A stretch of DNA of 63,612 nt, counting the filler. It is 10 parts of 10 records of this genome, joined end to end, with 100 filler letters (N's around TTAATTAATTAA, not from the genome) between each part and the next. Parts side by side here need not be neighbours in the genome. Positions count along the whole stretch, not along the records: positions 1 to 18,792 come from SRR7504441_12413; 9 more parts are not named here. One strand, written 5' to 3'. Both the position numbers and the translations under genes were made by a program. This document shows, piece after piece, positions 1 to 13,694 of the stretch. The notes below the pieces were generated by a model that was not told where the DNA came from, did no database searches, and was given only the letters and a program-made list of their open reading frames with translations. The stretch's first letter is position 1. Each line of letters starts with the position of its first letter.

Positions 1-939
1 GAGCAGTGGTGCTGGTTCCGCGGCTGGGCCGCCTGCCGGGATCGGATGAATCTGCCGGTCGAGAGCTATCTGGGCTCGCTGAGCTACCTGATCGGGTCGC
101 TGCTGTTTAATGTGGGCATGTTCTGGTCGATCCCGTACTTTGGCCGGATGCTGCACACGGAGCCGTTCCCGTGGAATAAAGCAATCCACGTGGACCTTGT
201 GAATCTGCTGGGCGGGGCGCTCTTCTGGCTAGGCGGGGCGATGGAGATGAGGCTCAACCAAGTCGGCTGGACGGCGCGGCCGCGGCCTGATCAGCTAGTC
301 GACCCGGTGTGGTGGGTATCCTGGATGAATGGTCTAGGCGGACTGCTTTTCTTTGTCGGGTCAATTGGCGACGCCGTCGCTGATGCCTACGGGAACAGCT
401 TCGGATTCGAACTGGCGCTGCGCATAATCCCGTACCTGCTGGGTTCGGGGCTGTACCTGGTGGCCTCTGGGCTGCTGCTCTGGCTGTGGAAATCGGAGCA
501 GTACGGCCTGGCCATGCTCAGCTTCATCAACGTGCAGAGCCCAGTCCAGAGCCCTGTCGAGCGCAAGAAGGTGGGCCGGACCCAGTTCGGCGTGCTCATG
601 CTCACGCTACTCACCGCCACAATGGCTGTCATGAACCAGTCGATCGCTTTCACGCGCTGGAGTGTGATGCTTGGGCTGTGGGCGGGCTCACGGCTGCTGC
701 TCTCTGCCACCATTTCAATGGTCGAGATGCTCGGTTTTTTGCTGCTTTTTAGTTTCCTGCACCACACGCCCAGGCTGCGGCCGATATACTGGCTAATGTG
801 GCTTTCGCGCGTGTGGATTCTGCTGAGATTGATATCGGAGTGCACTTCTTACACGTTCTTTAACTTGCTGCTTGAGATGCAGCATCGCCATACGGAGCAG
901 CTCGAGCACCACCAAATGCCAGATCTAGACACTTATTGA
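1..939 (+). CDS. Polytopic membrane protein with YrhK-like repeats, probably 5'-partial
   Basis: Frame open from base 1; repeated hydrophobic G-x-x-LF-x-x-G helices (GSLLFNVG, GGLLFFVGS, GSGLYLVAS); ends TGA before an AT-rich intergenic region. Confidence 0.6.
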   Translation, partial: EQWCWFRGWAACRDRMNLPVESYLGSLSYLIGSLLFNVGMFWSIPYFGRMLHTEPFPWNKAIHVDLVNLLGGALFWLGGAMEMRLNQVGWTARPRPDQLVDPVWWVSWMNGLGGLLFFVGSIGDAVADAYGNSFGFELALRIIPYLLGSGLYLVASGLLLWLWKSEQYGLAMLSFINVQSPVQSPVERKKVGRTQFGVLMLTLLTATMAVMNQSIAFTRWSVMLGLWAGSRLLLSATISMVEMLGFLLLFSFLHHTPRLRPIYWLMWLSRVWILLRLISECTSYTFFNLLLEMQHRHTEQLEHHQMPDLDTY

Positions 940-1142
940 TTCGTTCGTGTGTGGTGTATTACAAGCCCTTAGAAGTTAACGGTTAATATTGTTAGGCAAT
1001 TGTTGCAAGAGAGTGAATTAAGTAAGTTAATTAATCAGTAATGTTACGCGAGGAGAGTGTCTAAGGATCTAGGAGCACTCAGTTAATGTCTATCAGCTGC
1101 ATAGTTGCGAGCTCCGGAGCTTAAAATCAGTAATAATGCCAT

Positions 1143-2494
1143 CTATCCCCCGAATGGACTCCGCTTCACCCTTGCTAGTATCATGTCCTCTCTCTCCTTT
1201 CTTGTGAGACTGTTGGTGGGAGTCACCACCGAGGGAGCCAGCCCCACCTGCCCCAGGCTCATCCCCACCTCAGTCCGGCACACCTCGCTGTCGATTTGCT
1301 TTCGTTTGAGCGCTTCCACGAGCGTTTGCAGTTCGAATACCTCATCCGACATGTCCGAGAGCTCGGCCTTGCAGCTGTCGAGCTCTTGCACCACATCCTC
1401 GAACTGGGAGAGCCGGTTGTTGACCTTGTGCCGCTCGTCCTCGGCCGCGTACAGCTTGGCCTGCAGCTGGTCGATCGCTTTCTGCTTGTCTTTGAGCTCA
1501 TCGCTTTGCCTGCCAAGCTGCCGCTGGGCCTCCTCCAGGTTGCTGCTTGTGATCCTGCCGACCATCCGGCCGCCGGCCAGTCGCCCGCGCACCGCAGCGC
1601 CACCTCTAGCTCGCCCGAGTCCTCCGGGGCCCGCTCGTGCGAGACTGGCTGGGTGCTGCCGAGTACCTGCCGCCCGATCGCTGGCCCAGCCCAATGCGGC
1701 GCCTGCTGGCTGTCATTGAACTTGTCCTGCAGCTGCTGGTACTCGGTCTCCTTGTCCTGGTACGCATTAGAGAGCACCCGCTGCTGCCGACGGAATCTGC
1801 ACACCCCGGAGCTCGGGATGGCAGCCCCGCCACCAGCCGCAGGCATGCTCTAACTGACCGCGAGAGCGAGGTCCGAAGCCGCTCGCAGTCAGCAGCCGAG
1901 GCCTCCTTCTCTGCTAGTGCGGCCTCGGCCGCCTGCGACGCCCGATCCGCCAACACGCGCAAGCGATCGATCTGCCAATCGGCAAAAGCTGGCTTGCGGC
2001 ACGGCCGGGGTTGGGTCGCCTCGCCGGCGTCAGGCGCGCTTGCCGCGCTGCCTTCCAGCTCGCGCACCCGGGCCATCAGCTTAGCGTTGGTGGCCAGCAC
2101 TTTGGCGGTCTCGTCCGAAGCACTCGAGCCGAGCCCGCTCACCTGGCCCCGCTCCACCGGCGGCCCGTAGGCCGGGCGCCTCGGCCAGTTGTGTTTCAAG
2201 CTGCACCACCGCGGACCCCTGCCGGCGGATCGAGGCCGAGTAGATGGAGATGAAGGCGTAGCTGCCACCCGGCCGTCGGGCGAGCCCAGCGGGGCCGCAC
2301 ATTGTAGTGAGCAAGAAGGTGCCCATCGCGCTGCTCCCGAAGCTGAGAACAGGGAAGAGCAGCGCTAGTAGACCGCCTGCGGCCAGCCACCAGCGCGGCC
2401 GGGTCGCGGGCCAGATCGGGCGGTACTCGAGCAACCAGCAGCCGTCCAGCACCAGCCACGCGATCCACAGCGATGAGAGCAGGCTGGAGACCAT
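1143..2494 (-). CDS. Multi-exon hypothetical protein with N-terminal membrane segments and long coiled coil
   Basis: ATG at 2494 (MVSSLLSSLW); coiled-coil ORF pieces in different frames joined by ~37-nt introns, e.g. GC-AG intron 2143-2179 gives QLAE|VSGLG. Confidence 0.6.
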
Positions 2495-2589
2495 TGCCCA
2501 AATGAATTTTGTAAATCCGGAGGGAAAATCCAGACGGGTTGCCACTTGCCAGAGCCACAGTGGGGCCCCGTCATACAGCTGTATAGAGG

Positions 2590-5017
2590 ATGGCCTCGGG
2601 CCCGGCCTCGCCGCAGCTGATCCCCACGGAGAGCCAAGATGCCTTGCCACCGTTCGGCTCCCCAGCGGAGCCGTCAGCGCAGGCTCCGGCGCCGCCTGTG
2701 GGGGCTAAGCGCCCTCGAGTATCGCCGCAGCAGTCTGCACTCTGCGGGGTCATCACCATCCCACCCAACGGCGCCCTTCAGGCCCCAAAGCGGAGCGACC
2801 CGGCGCAAAAGCAGGCCGCAGGGCGGCAGCCAGGCCTGCTGAGCCGAAGTGGCCAGGCCCGGTGGCTGCCGGCGCGGACCGCCGCGGAGAAGCTGTTCAA
2901 CTTCGTCGGGCTGCAGGGGGAAGTTGGCTCCCGGCAGGCCAAGTACGATGGGAGGCTGATCCTGTGCTGCTCGCGGGCTTGCAGCAGGGTGACGCGCGGC
3001 CAGGTGGGCGTACTCGGTGCACGGGGACGCCTGGCTCCGGCAGCACGGGCTGGTGCGGGCATCCCGGCAGGCGGCCGAGGAGGGCAAACGGAGCGACCCC
3101 AAGGTACGGCGCAGGCCCGGGCGAGATCACGCGGGCTAGATGGCATCGATGCCCAAGCTGATGAGCGAGAAATGCCCATTGAAAAAGCTATTGACGGATG
3201 ATGTGGCAAGGGACGCTTTCGATGCTGCAATGCTAACAGCACACCGTGCAGAGGCATTGCCAGCTGGTGCTGTTGGCTTGACAGGGTGCTCAGCTGGGAG
3301 ATCCATGTGCGGAGCTGCGGCTGGCCGAGCCCCCATCCACCGAAGATGCCAAAGAATCTAAGCTGCCGGTTGCGCACATCACGGTAATTAAATCAAAAGG
3401 ACCTGGCAATGCGTCAAACGGTGCCCTGGGAATGTCATGCCTTCAGCGGATGTTTACACAAGGAGCCCTCGCTCATCCGACGCAGGTTCGGTGTTATGCC
3501 TTGGACTGTTGAGTTAGATTGTGGCAGGGGCTGAACCTGGCCGACCTAGCCAATGCTGTAGCCTCCTGGTCTGGGCTATCGCCGCGCTTGCCCTTGCGCC
3601 AGTCTGGGTGTCTGCCAACGACTCTGATGTCACAGCTCATAGGCGAGACAGCACGCAGCCCAGTGGCGCGTTAGCTTGATGCAGGTACGAGCCAGCATAT
3701 GGTACTTGTGGTAATAGATGGAGTCTCAAACTCTATGCTCTCCACTCATCTTCCTCCAAACAGCTTTCTGAACAGGAACAACATACCTGGTGATCCAGCA
3801 CTCGCTCACCTCATCTTGACCGCGAGCAGGTCTTATGCGTTCTGTGTTCCCCTCGTCAGCTAGAACCTGTCTCGAGGTATTGCTTTCAGGTGCCATCAGG
3901 ACCTATGCTTGGCTAACGTTGCTTGGTAGGCTACTGGCCCGCCCCAGAGCGATGTGCGCAACAGCTGTATACATCATATGGGCTCGCTGGAGTAGTGCAG
4001 TGCGCCTTGCGCTGAGGCCAGCTCCTGCTCAGAATGGGTCACAGGCACCCACTTGTGGACTTCAATGCGTTCCTGCCCGGAACGAATAATGATCTAAGCC
4101 ATTATTGGGTTGGCAAACCCCATTGCTTCTACAGCTCGCTGCATGAGATGGTACAAGGCGTGATGACTTGGATTCACCAAGTGCACTTTTCGGCCAACAC
4201 TTTTAACCTTCCACAAGGCGAACAAGGACTTCGGGGCGCATTGGGTTACGTGCATGTCACAACTGTAGCAGATGCATGCCAAACTCATGGTTGTAATAAT
4301 GTCCGTACCCGAGAGGCTTTGTTTGCGGTGAGTAGAGAGCTCTTAAAATTAGGGTGGGTCACTCATGGATTGCAGCTCGATCAAAGGCTGGAAAGCTTGT
4401 GTCGACAGCTTGACGAGGTGCCTGGAGTGAACTTAGTGGTGACAGCATCCGGAGGTCATATAGGTGACCTGCCTATTAGCCCCGAGTCTAGAGGCAGTGA
4501 TGAATACACCCCTAGTCTGTTTGGTCAGTTGTGTGATGGTGTGAATAGATGTGTCTGGTGTTTGTCTGCGCAAAGCTACCACACCAGCCAAAGCAGCAAC
4601 AAAACCTGTAGCTACCACAGATAGCAAAACAGCTCACTTGATGCAATTAATCAGTGGTTTCCAATACGCGGAGCCAGGTGCACATGCGAACACAGTAATC
4701 CTGATCTCTGCGCAGGTTGTGGTGGAGTAATGTTGTTTCATGTGAAATCTGAGAACCGCATGAGGTTTGAATTCGAGTTTCGAAATACATTCGGCGACTC
4801 ATTTGCCCTACTAGACAAGCGTGAAGCGGCTGAGCTGAGTCTATACCAGGGAAGACTGCATCTGGATTGGGACTATATGGCTGTGAGTATTGGCGGAGAA
4901 GCATTTGTAGTTGACGAGCGGTTAGACGGGATGCAAATCGCATGTGGTGGTTCACTCACGTGGGAGGAGATGAGTATACCCTTGCTCGTGTTGAAAAGTA
5001 AATTTCACTTTGGCTAG
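2590..5017 (+). CDS. Intron-rich hypothetical protein; exon structure only partly resolved
   Basis: Successive ORF pieces (2590, 3140, 4034, 4730) separated by ~36-42-nt GT/GC-AG segments; TAG at 5017 followed by AT-rich DNA. Confidence 0.45.
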
Positions 5018-5255
5018 TATGAATAATAATTAAAGTAGTGAGGCCTGCTACACGCAGCACATTGCTAGCATCACGATTTCGTCGACCATGGATGCGAATT
5101 TATTATTATTAGGATCGATTCCGCATCTTTATCGCAAGTGCACATCATAAGTATTTGTCAAATGATATGTCATCAATAACATTTCCTAGACGCACACAAG
5201 ACCTTTGGTCTTGATACCCAGTGGCGATCAAGCTCTACTCAAGGTCAGAATGGAA

Positions 5256-8200
5256 TCATATTGGACCGTAGTAGTCTTCGTCACTTGATTGTTGATTTAG
5301 TGGCTGGAAGTTGACATTGTTCCTCTTTCTCTGTGGTGAGTTGGGCGGGCTTGAGTTATCGGCAGTCTCCAAGCTGCATTCATTACTGAGGATCCAGTCA
5401 ACAGCAGCCTGAGGATCCTTCTCTTGCCGCGCTGCCATCACACACCATTCCCGCTTATCGTCATAGCTGATTCTTTGATCCTGCTGTTTCAGCAAATTGT
5501 GGATTTCATCAACGCGCGACTCAAACTCTGGGCCGCTGTCTATGTCCTCATCTTCACCAATCAGTTTTGCTAGTGCTCTCTCCGCGTCCACAGTCGAGCG
5601 AGTCCGCTGCAGCTTTGCAGCTTGCGTGTACGTATAGCCTGTTGCAGTGGTCACCTTTGAGTCCTGCATCAATTCATTCATGTATTTGCGCAGCGACACC
5701 AAAAATTCCTTGTTGCTTTCAACCCACATCTTGACTGCTCCTATGACTGAAAGTTCCACTAATACCTGGACCAGTTTCTTGATCCTATTGTGTGTCGAGT
5801 GCGCAGAGTAATTGGAATAATTCGTATATGACGCGCCAGTGTGGATAGTGGGGTTTCCACGGCCACCGATTCCCGTCTGGCCTTGGTGGCATGCTATTTC
5901 GACCTCGTTCCGCAACGCAGACAGAGTCGTTTGCACTCGGATGTTCTGCTGAGGCGAGCCATCGTTTGGCAGCAGCAGAGTCATCAACACGTCTAGTGTC
6001 TTCTTTGTGTCTTCACCCGGTGCCCTTGCCAACCACTGCACTATTTGGAGTGTAGACTCCTCACTGCTGTGGCTGACAGCAAGCACAAATGTTTTGATTG
6101 ATTCGAGTGGCCCAGCGGATAGCAGCAACACGCGCACATCGTTATTGTACTCCAGCGCTTCCCTCGACAGCTGTGGCAGGCCCTCCAGCGGCTCAACCAT
6201 TGAGCACAAGCATTTGATAAATATCTCCTGGTTGAAATTGATAGCATAGTTCCGAGAGCCCCATCCACGCTCTGCAACTACACGAAGATCGTGCACTGGG
6301 GTCTTGGGCCCAAGTAGGTAATGCAGCATTTGTGCAATGATGTCATGGCTTCGTGCATACTCCCGGACCTCTGCATTTGATGTCAATAAAGCCAGTAACT
6401 GCCCGTATTGTGCTGCATTGGATGTCTTCACATCAGGCATCAATGAGAGGAGCTGGAGGAACATCTCGAGCATCGCACTGCCCTTGGCGTCGCATGCCTT
6501 GAACAACATTGCTCCCACCACCTTGCGAGCATAGTCGTGTGGGCAATCAAGCAGCAGCCGCCTGAGCTCTCTATTCTGAAGTTCAAGCAGCTGTTGCCGT
6601 GCTGATGGATAGGTAGACATCCCCTTATTCAAACAACTGCGCCACTGGTTCATCAGCTCCTCGACTGCCTCCTCTTCAGGAGTTTTCTTCTCCTCCTCCT
6701 TGTCGAGTTTGACCCCAGTCACCACTTGGCCTACCACAGGCCCTGTCGAGCCATAATTGGAGACTGATGTCCATTTCCGGTATCCGATCCGGATCACAGT
6801 GGTAAAGAAAAACTGCAGTGCCAGGCCGAGAATCCCCTCCAGCGTGCTGGCCTCCACTGCAGCATCAGGGGTAGTGCTGTTGGCTATGCGCAGTAAATCG
6901 TGGAGCAGTTTAATGTGGGCCAGGTTGCACACATGCGATATGCGCATCTCCTGCGCATTTTGCTCCATCACTGCATCGTACGCCTCTGACATTGATGCTG
7001 GCATTGATGCAGTGCTGATGGATTTGAGCTGCTCAAGCGAGTCGCCTGCACTCCCAAGCGACTCTGGAGAGCTCGCCTGGTGACTGTCGCTTGCATCATT
7101 GGCAGTTGACTCAGATGTGAGGTCATAGAACAGCACATAGGCCCCCGGCTTTGGCATCGACCACGTCTTGGGCTCACCAAACTGGTTGGTCCAGGTGGAC
7201 GTCTTGGTGCCACCAAAAGTATCATCTGCTAGAGAGTTCTCCACGTCCCATGCGGTCACATGCGAATCGTCAAACTTGAACCAGCGATTTGTCTCTCTGT
7301 CTCTAATATACGAGTAGTAATGCCCGCCGCCAGAGCTGCCCTCGTGAATGACCACTCCACTTAGCGTGTATAGGCATGTGCCTTCTTCTATCATGTACGG
7401 CCCAATGTCTATGTTTCGCGGGAACTCAAAATGGTCTGCACACCGTGTGTACTCTAGAGTCTCAAGCGAAAAGACGTAGCGCTTGAGATTGAAGACCAAT
7501 GTCTTAGGCGCCTGCTTGATTCTAGGCGTTTTTGTGCTCTCCACGCTGTCCTCAGACCCATCCTCAAAGGTCCATTTGAGCTCAAACCCATCCTCTGGTT
7601 GGAAGTTGAGAGCAAGCGACTCTTGGAGCGAGCTTTGCCCCTCTACCTCAATATTGATTGCCAGCGCAACATCTTCTGGGCCTGGTCGTGTAAGAGTCTT
7701 ACCATCCCTGGTAATGGACCACTCTGAGGTTGTCACAATCCTCAGCTGCCGCTCAAACAGTTTTGCCTGGACAGAGCCTTTGAGTGCCTCATCCATTTGA
7801 TCACAAAGCTTTGTAAAGAAGTCGTTGGCGTCATTCTGCTCTCTCACAGGATGGTCGAGCCGGATCACACCTTCACAGGCGTCTACAAATTTGACAGGAT
7901 CGAAGAAAGTCCCCACCCCAAACTGAAGCTGCGCAAAGGTGCGCTGCAGCTCGGACAGCAACCTCACCTGGCCCAGCCTTTCCATTTTCTGTTCGCCGGC
8001 CTTTTGAAGCTTCTTGACTTCCTCCTCGCTGACTGATGCCGCTGACTTGGCTTGGTCGAACTCCTCCTTGGCTGCAGCAATCTCCTTCTCAAGTGGAGAG
8101 TAGTCCGAGCTGGTGGAAAGCACACCCACACGCACCTCCGGCAGCAGGTACAGCTGCTGCAAAATCGAGTTCTGGTAGCAGCATAGCCCCTGGTTCCGCA

Positions 8201-11200
8201 GACCCAAGTAGCCTCCCTTGGCAGGCCGCCTAGCTGCCTCTGTGTTTGGATCCAGATACCAGTAGTCCCAGCCACCGGTGCCCACGCTTGGCAGCATCTC
8301 GTGCTGGATCTGTAGCCATTCCAACAACAAAGTCATGTATTTGGGGCACTGCTTGACAATCTCGAGCAGTGCGCTCCCAGCAGCCTCTCGGGCCTTCATG
8401 GAGGAGCACGTCGCGCTCTGGGCATGGTTGTCGCCATACAGGCACTGTGTCCAAAGCATACTGATTGCAAATGCTGCAAGATCGCTGTCTGCTCCTGCAC
8501 CAGCCTGGACCGATTCTGGCACCTCTCTGTGCATCTGGTTTGGCCAGCGGGAAATCACATCAGCAAACAGCTGCAGCACTTTGGTTAAGATTGTTTCATC
8601 TTCGTTCTCCTCCGGGAATGTTTTGACAAACACAATCAGCACCTCAAGTAACAGTGGGGCTTGCTCGCCAGCTTCCTGGTGCTCCAGGAGGAGAGTCAAC
8701 AAGTCAAGCGCTTCCAAGATAGTTAACGAGCAAGGTCCAGCTGTCTGTAGTGCCTCAACCACAAAGCCGACAACCTGGCAGGTTTTGGCTGGCAGACGTT
8801 CGCATATTTTGAACAAAGTCTCCTGAGTGGCTTTCCTAACCAGCTGAGTCTGGTTCTCTACAAGTAGCCTGGCCAATAACTGCGGCTCAGATAAGATCAT
8901 CTCAGCGTACTCTTCAGAGGTCGACATGATTGGTACAATTGTGTGGAGCGAATTTATTGCGACACTTTCGTCATGGCTTGTGAAGCTTACCCTAAGCACC
9001 TGCAGCAATCCCTGCAGCAGCTCTGTGTAGTCGACCTGCTTGACCACAGCTACTGATGCCGATGCAAACGGCGAGTGTGCAATCGCACCAGTAGAGATCG
9101 AGTCACCAGACTCCGCCATCTCAGTTGTCCGCAGGGCTCCGGTGATGCAGAAGCGCATTACTTGGAGGACAGCTGCCAGGGCGTACTGGACCCTGGGAGG
9201 CATCGGGTTGGCAAAGTGCTGCACAAGATCAATGAAGAAAGAGTTCATCATAAGAAATCCTCCATGTGTGATGAACCCGCGCCGCCACTGCCGTGACCAC
9301 TCTGTGCGCTGTGGGTCCGCTGGTTGCAAAAAAGCACTGACTATCTGTGCGATGTATGCAGCTTTGAATGCCTTAGCAGTGGGTTCTTCTGTGACACCAA
9401 GCAAGCTTTCCCAGTCGACGTCCTCAGGTACCTCCAGGGCATTCAATTCTTCTGAAGACGACGGAAGGGATTGGATCAGCTGCCAGACCCTCATTGACAA
9501 GCGGCGCTCGCCAGCAGCCACAGATGCAGCACAAAGCTCGAAGAGCGTATCAAAGTAGGCTCGCATATCCATGATAGCTTCAGCCACTGACTGTGCTTGC
9601 TGCTGGTGCACCTTCGTATGGGGCAATACTGTTGTGAAGACCTTGAAACCATCGCCTGTGGCACTGAGCCCAGCTTGCGCAAGTGTAGCCCCCTTGAGCA
9701 TTGCAGCTGACTGCTCGTTGCAGTTGCGGTCGCCGTACTTCATATACATGTTGGTCTTCTCCTGGCTCATTCCAAGCTCGGCTGCGATATGCTGCTTGAA
9801 GCCGGTCATGGTGGCATTGGTGTGAGTTACAATCCTGAAGCTGTCTGACTCCCAATGTGGCTTTGCCCCCACCCCAGTGTTGCCCACATCCACCAGCCGT
9901 TTTGCCTCCACTTCGATCTCAAGTGGAGTACCAAAGTTGGATGATCTATGTGATGGGCATTGTTGCTCATGTTCTGTATGATGTAAACATTCTTCAATCA
10001 GCGCAAGCGCGTTGTCAGCAATCTCGACAGACCATGGCATGAATTTGGCATCAATTAATTGCACAGGGTCAAAGCTCTCTCGCTCATCATAGGTGATCTG
10101 CATGCTCTCCATCTGCTGAGTGATATCATCCTCAGCCTGCTTATCCCCAGTAGGCTCCTCATTGTTGAGGGTACCTCTTAAGGCCAGCGAGCAGAAGCTC
10201 AGGCATCGGAACACAGCCATAAGAAGCTGAGCATGCGTGCCATTTGACGCTCGTGTGTAGTCGAAATAAATGCTTCGCAGCAGCTGGCGGGCGGATTCAC
10301 CAGTCTTCTCTTTCCCAGCCAGAGCTGCCTTCCAGAGGGCAGGCATTCCATCCAATGACAGTGTGGTGACAGCCATGCTATCCAGCGCCATACTGCTGTA
10401 TGAGGGATTCTGCAGTCCATTGATTCGCACAAACAGCTGTTTGAACGCATCAAAGCTCTGGATACCAAGCTGCTCAAAGTGAGCATGTTCAGAGATCAAC
10501 AAGAATGCATGGCGAAGAAGCTGGGAGTCCAACAAAGTGACAAGAGAGGCCAGCCACTTGAGAAATGCCTCAAAATACTCTGGCACAGTGGTTGATTCAA
10601 CAAATATTCGCAGCAGGGTTTCGAGCTCCTGCATTCTGAAAGGTGTGGCGTACTTGCATAGCCGAATCAGTGCAGTGAGCAGAGTGAGCCTAGGTTGGAG
10701 CTGCACTAAAGCTTCCTCCTTGGAGTTACCAGGCGCAAGCAACTCTTGGAACGAGCCAATGATAGTCCCCATAAAGTCTACCTCGTTTGAATTGAGCATG
10801 TTATAGGTTTGCTCTAGTTCGTCTGTCACTATGACACTCTGGATCTTCATATTGTAACACATGTACAAGATCTTTTTCATCAGCCCATATGCTGCACCAG
10901 CATCAGCATCCCCATGCACAATCCGCTCCTGGCACTGTCGCACATACTGAATCCTCAGAGGTTCCAATGGCTCTGTCTCTGTTACTGCCGGTAAGTCCTG
11001 CTCATCGTCGTCTAGGACATAATCCTCGTCCTCTGCGAGGGCTTCATTGGCCTTGGCCTCAGCAGCCTGCTTGCGAGTGTCTTCTTCGGTTCTGATCACC
11101 TCAGCGAACAGCTCCTGCAGCTGTTCGAGCTGCTCTGGACTCTCAGAGTGTGGCATAAGTCCAAGCAAGCAGTCAAGCAGCGCAACTGCCGCTACATGCG

Positions 11201-13440
11201 ATGAAAGCATTTGACAGAGCTCGTTCTTGGAGAGCAGCATCTCTATCACTTCGGCGTTGGGCAGCAGCTCTGCGATCACATGCAACAGGTGTGCCTGCCC
11301 TGCAGCATCCAGAGAGACGAGCACGTCCAACAGCCGTGCGTGTGCTTCTGCCTTCTCAGACCTGTGCAACCAGGATCAGCATCGAGGCAGGTTGAGGTGG
11401 CTGACCTGTGGGCTTTGGCAATGCGGCCAACCATTGAGTCGGCGTGCTTCTGGGTGAGAAGATTGTGGTTGGACATGTACTTGATCAAGTCTTTGCCGGA
11501 CGAGCCAAGCAACTGCATGTGGAAGTTCTTGCCAAACAAATCCTCAAACACCTCCGATTCAGCCAGCCACACGTGAAACTCCGGGGCAGCCAGGGCACAC
11601 GGGTCCTTGATTTTGTGAGAGCAGGTGAGCGGGAATCCGATCGTGTCGGTGCTTTCAGCTAGATCGTCCTTCCACCGGTATTTAATCTCAAACTGGAGCT
11701 GCTCCTCCCAGTATCCAGTCACTGTGGACGAGTAGGTGGACGGTGAGTAGTCCTTCCAGGTCCGCTTGTTGTCCAACTGCTGCACCACCTCGACCACCTC
11801 GAACGATCGGCCCTGACAAGCAAGTCAGCCCCAGCACGCACGGCGGATATCACCTGGCAATGAAACGTCTGGCCCACCCCAGGACCTTGCACGCTCCGCT
11901 TGGCATGAACCTTCTGGTTAGCCACGGCTAGAATCGTCCGAAGCCCGAAGGCATGCTTTGGGAGCGAGTCGGTCTGCCAGCACTGGAGAGAGCAGTGCAG
12001 CTCACACAGGTACTGTGGCTGGTAGTTTTTGTCCATCAAATCATTTAGCTCCTCAAAGACCTGCGTGAAGACATCTTCGCAATGCACTTCCTCCGAATGC
12101 GTATTCCAGGCCTTGGCATCTTTCTCATCCGTCCGGTTGAGCGCTGCCACGATGCGGCTGCAGATGGGCTCAGTCATGTCACCGGAGCCTTGGTCCAAGT
12201 ATGGCTGCAGGTCCTTGAGTCCAACCAGAATCTGTAGCGCCATCGACATCTGGTCCCCCCTCTCCCGTATGGCCGCGACCTCCCTCTCCACCGCCAGCCG
12301 GGCCTCACGATCTGACTTGGGGCAAGCATCCAGCCGTGCGTAGCTCTCACTAAGCGCTTGCTGCAGAGAATCAATCGTGTCCAGTTGTTTCTCGAAATAC
12401 TGCTGGGCCCGGGTCTGAATCTGGGCCTGCAGGGACTGCATCTTGCTATCGGCCTGCTCGGCCTGCTCGCGCCATTGCGCCAGATATTCCTCAGTCTCGG
12501 TCTTGCCCTGCAGCAGCGTGGTCAGGTTGAGAGCGTCTGCGTGGACAGCCTCGTATTGATTCTTGAGCACGTGCATGTCGCAGCTGAACTCGAGCGCGAT
12601 CCAGCCCTCAAGCTCGGTCGGCTGGTCCGCGAGCAGGCCTCTCACCTTGCGGAGCGTGCCGAGCTCATAAACCTGCTGGCAGATCGAATCAAAGTGCTCC
12701 GGGCAGCCCTTCAGGTGCTCGCTTGCCCGGTGCCCGCTGGCCGAGTAGCTGTAACTCGACTTGTACACCGTCTTGCCGGCGTACCAGACGTTCTCCTTGT
12801 TCAGAATGTCCTGCAGGATCGGCAGGTAACTCATCATCTTCTGGTTAAGTGCCTCGTCCACGATCCCGGTCGCCTCAGTCAGCGCCCGCAGGCAATTGCT
12901 CTTCTCCGAGTCCATCTCATGCGACAGTCGGTGCACCCGCCCGGCCCATTCACTGGGGGTTCGGTTCTTTATCACGTTCACTCCCCATTCCAATCGGCTC
13001 TCCGAGTGGCGCAACGGCGACTCGTCCAGGAAGTCCCAGGCGTCCTCCACAGTCGGCTGCTCCTCGCCAGGCCGAAGGTAGGCATCGATCGCGTCCTGAT
13101 CTCGACAAACTACCGCCCTCGCCATGGACAGCCCATCGGCAAAACTCTGGAAGGAGGGCCCTCCATCGGTGGGCGGGTTGCGCACAAACTCGAACGCCGA
13201 GCACTTGCGGGAGGGCTCTGGGAGCGAGAAGGACTGCTGCAGGATTGTATCAACCGCGTCGTCTTTGTTCACCGACTGGGCCAGGGCCTGCCGGGCCTCC
13301 TCCTCGGTGCACTGCTGGCCGCGGGCCTTGACTGCAAAGACCACCTCCTCCACCCTCTCCTGCTCCCTCAGCTCCCAACTGTTAGTCCTGACCGACTCAA
13401 CCCCGTCTTCATCCTCCTCGCTCAACTGCTGGACGGGCAT
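5256..13440 (-). CDS. Very large ubiquitin-specific protease (peptidase C19, USP9/24/34-like), about 2700 aa
   Basis: Cys box GLRNQGLCCYQNSILQQL, QNDANDF, His box GGGHYYSYIR and WFKFDD; three ORFs joined by a 41-nt intron (FHCQ|GRSF) and a 44-nt intron at 11362-11405 (AHR|SEKA); UBA-like segments near both termini. Confidence 0.9.
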
Positions 13441-13510
13441 GCCTCCCAAGAGCCCAAAGAGCACAGAAGACGCGCCTCCCCTAGCCCCGGAGGACGCTTG
13501 ATCAAGCCGG

Positions 13511-13541
13511 TCTGTCCGTTGCTTTTTCTGTCCGTTGCTTT
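13511..13541. repeat. Short direct repeat TCTGTCCGTTGCTTT x2 upstream of the USP gene, each copy containing CAACGG on the minus strand
   Basis: Copies at 13511-13525 and 13527-13541. Confidence 0.8.
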
Positions 13542-13694
13542 AGGCAGCAACTGGATCCGGACGTCTGTCGAACAATCATGGACCATAATTGATTCAATCT
13601 CATGGATATATACATACTAGCCACCCGGTCCACTGATCTCTAACTACGCTCTATGCTCTATATGCTAAGCCACGGCAATTACACGGCAATGCGC

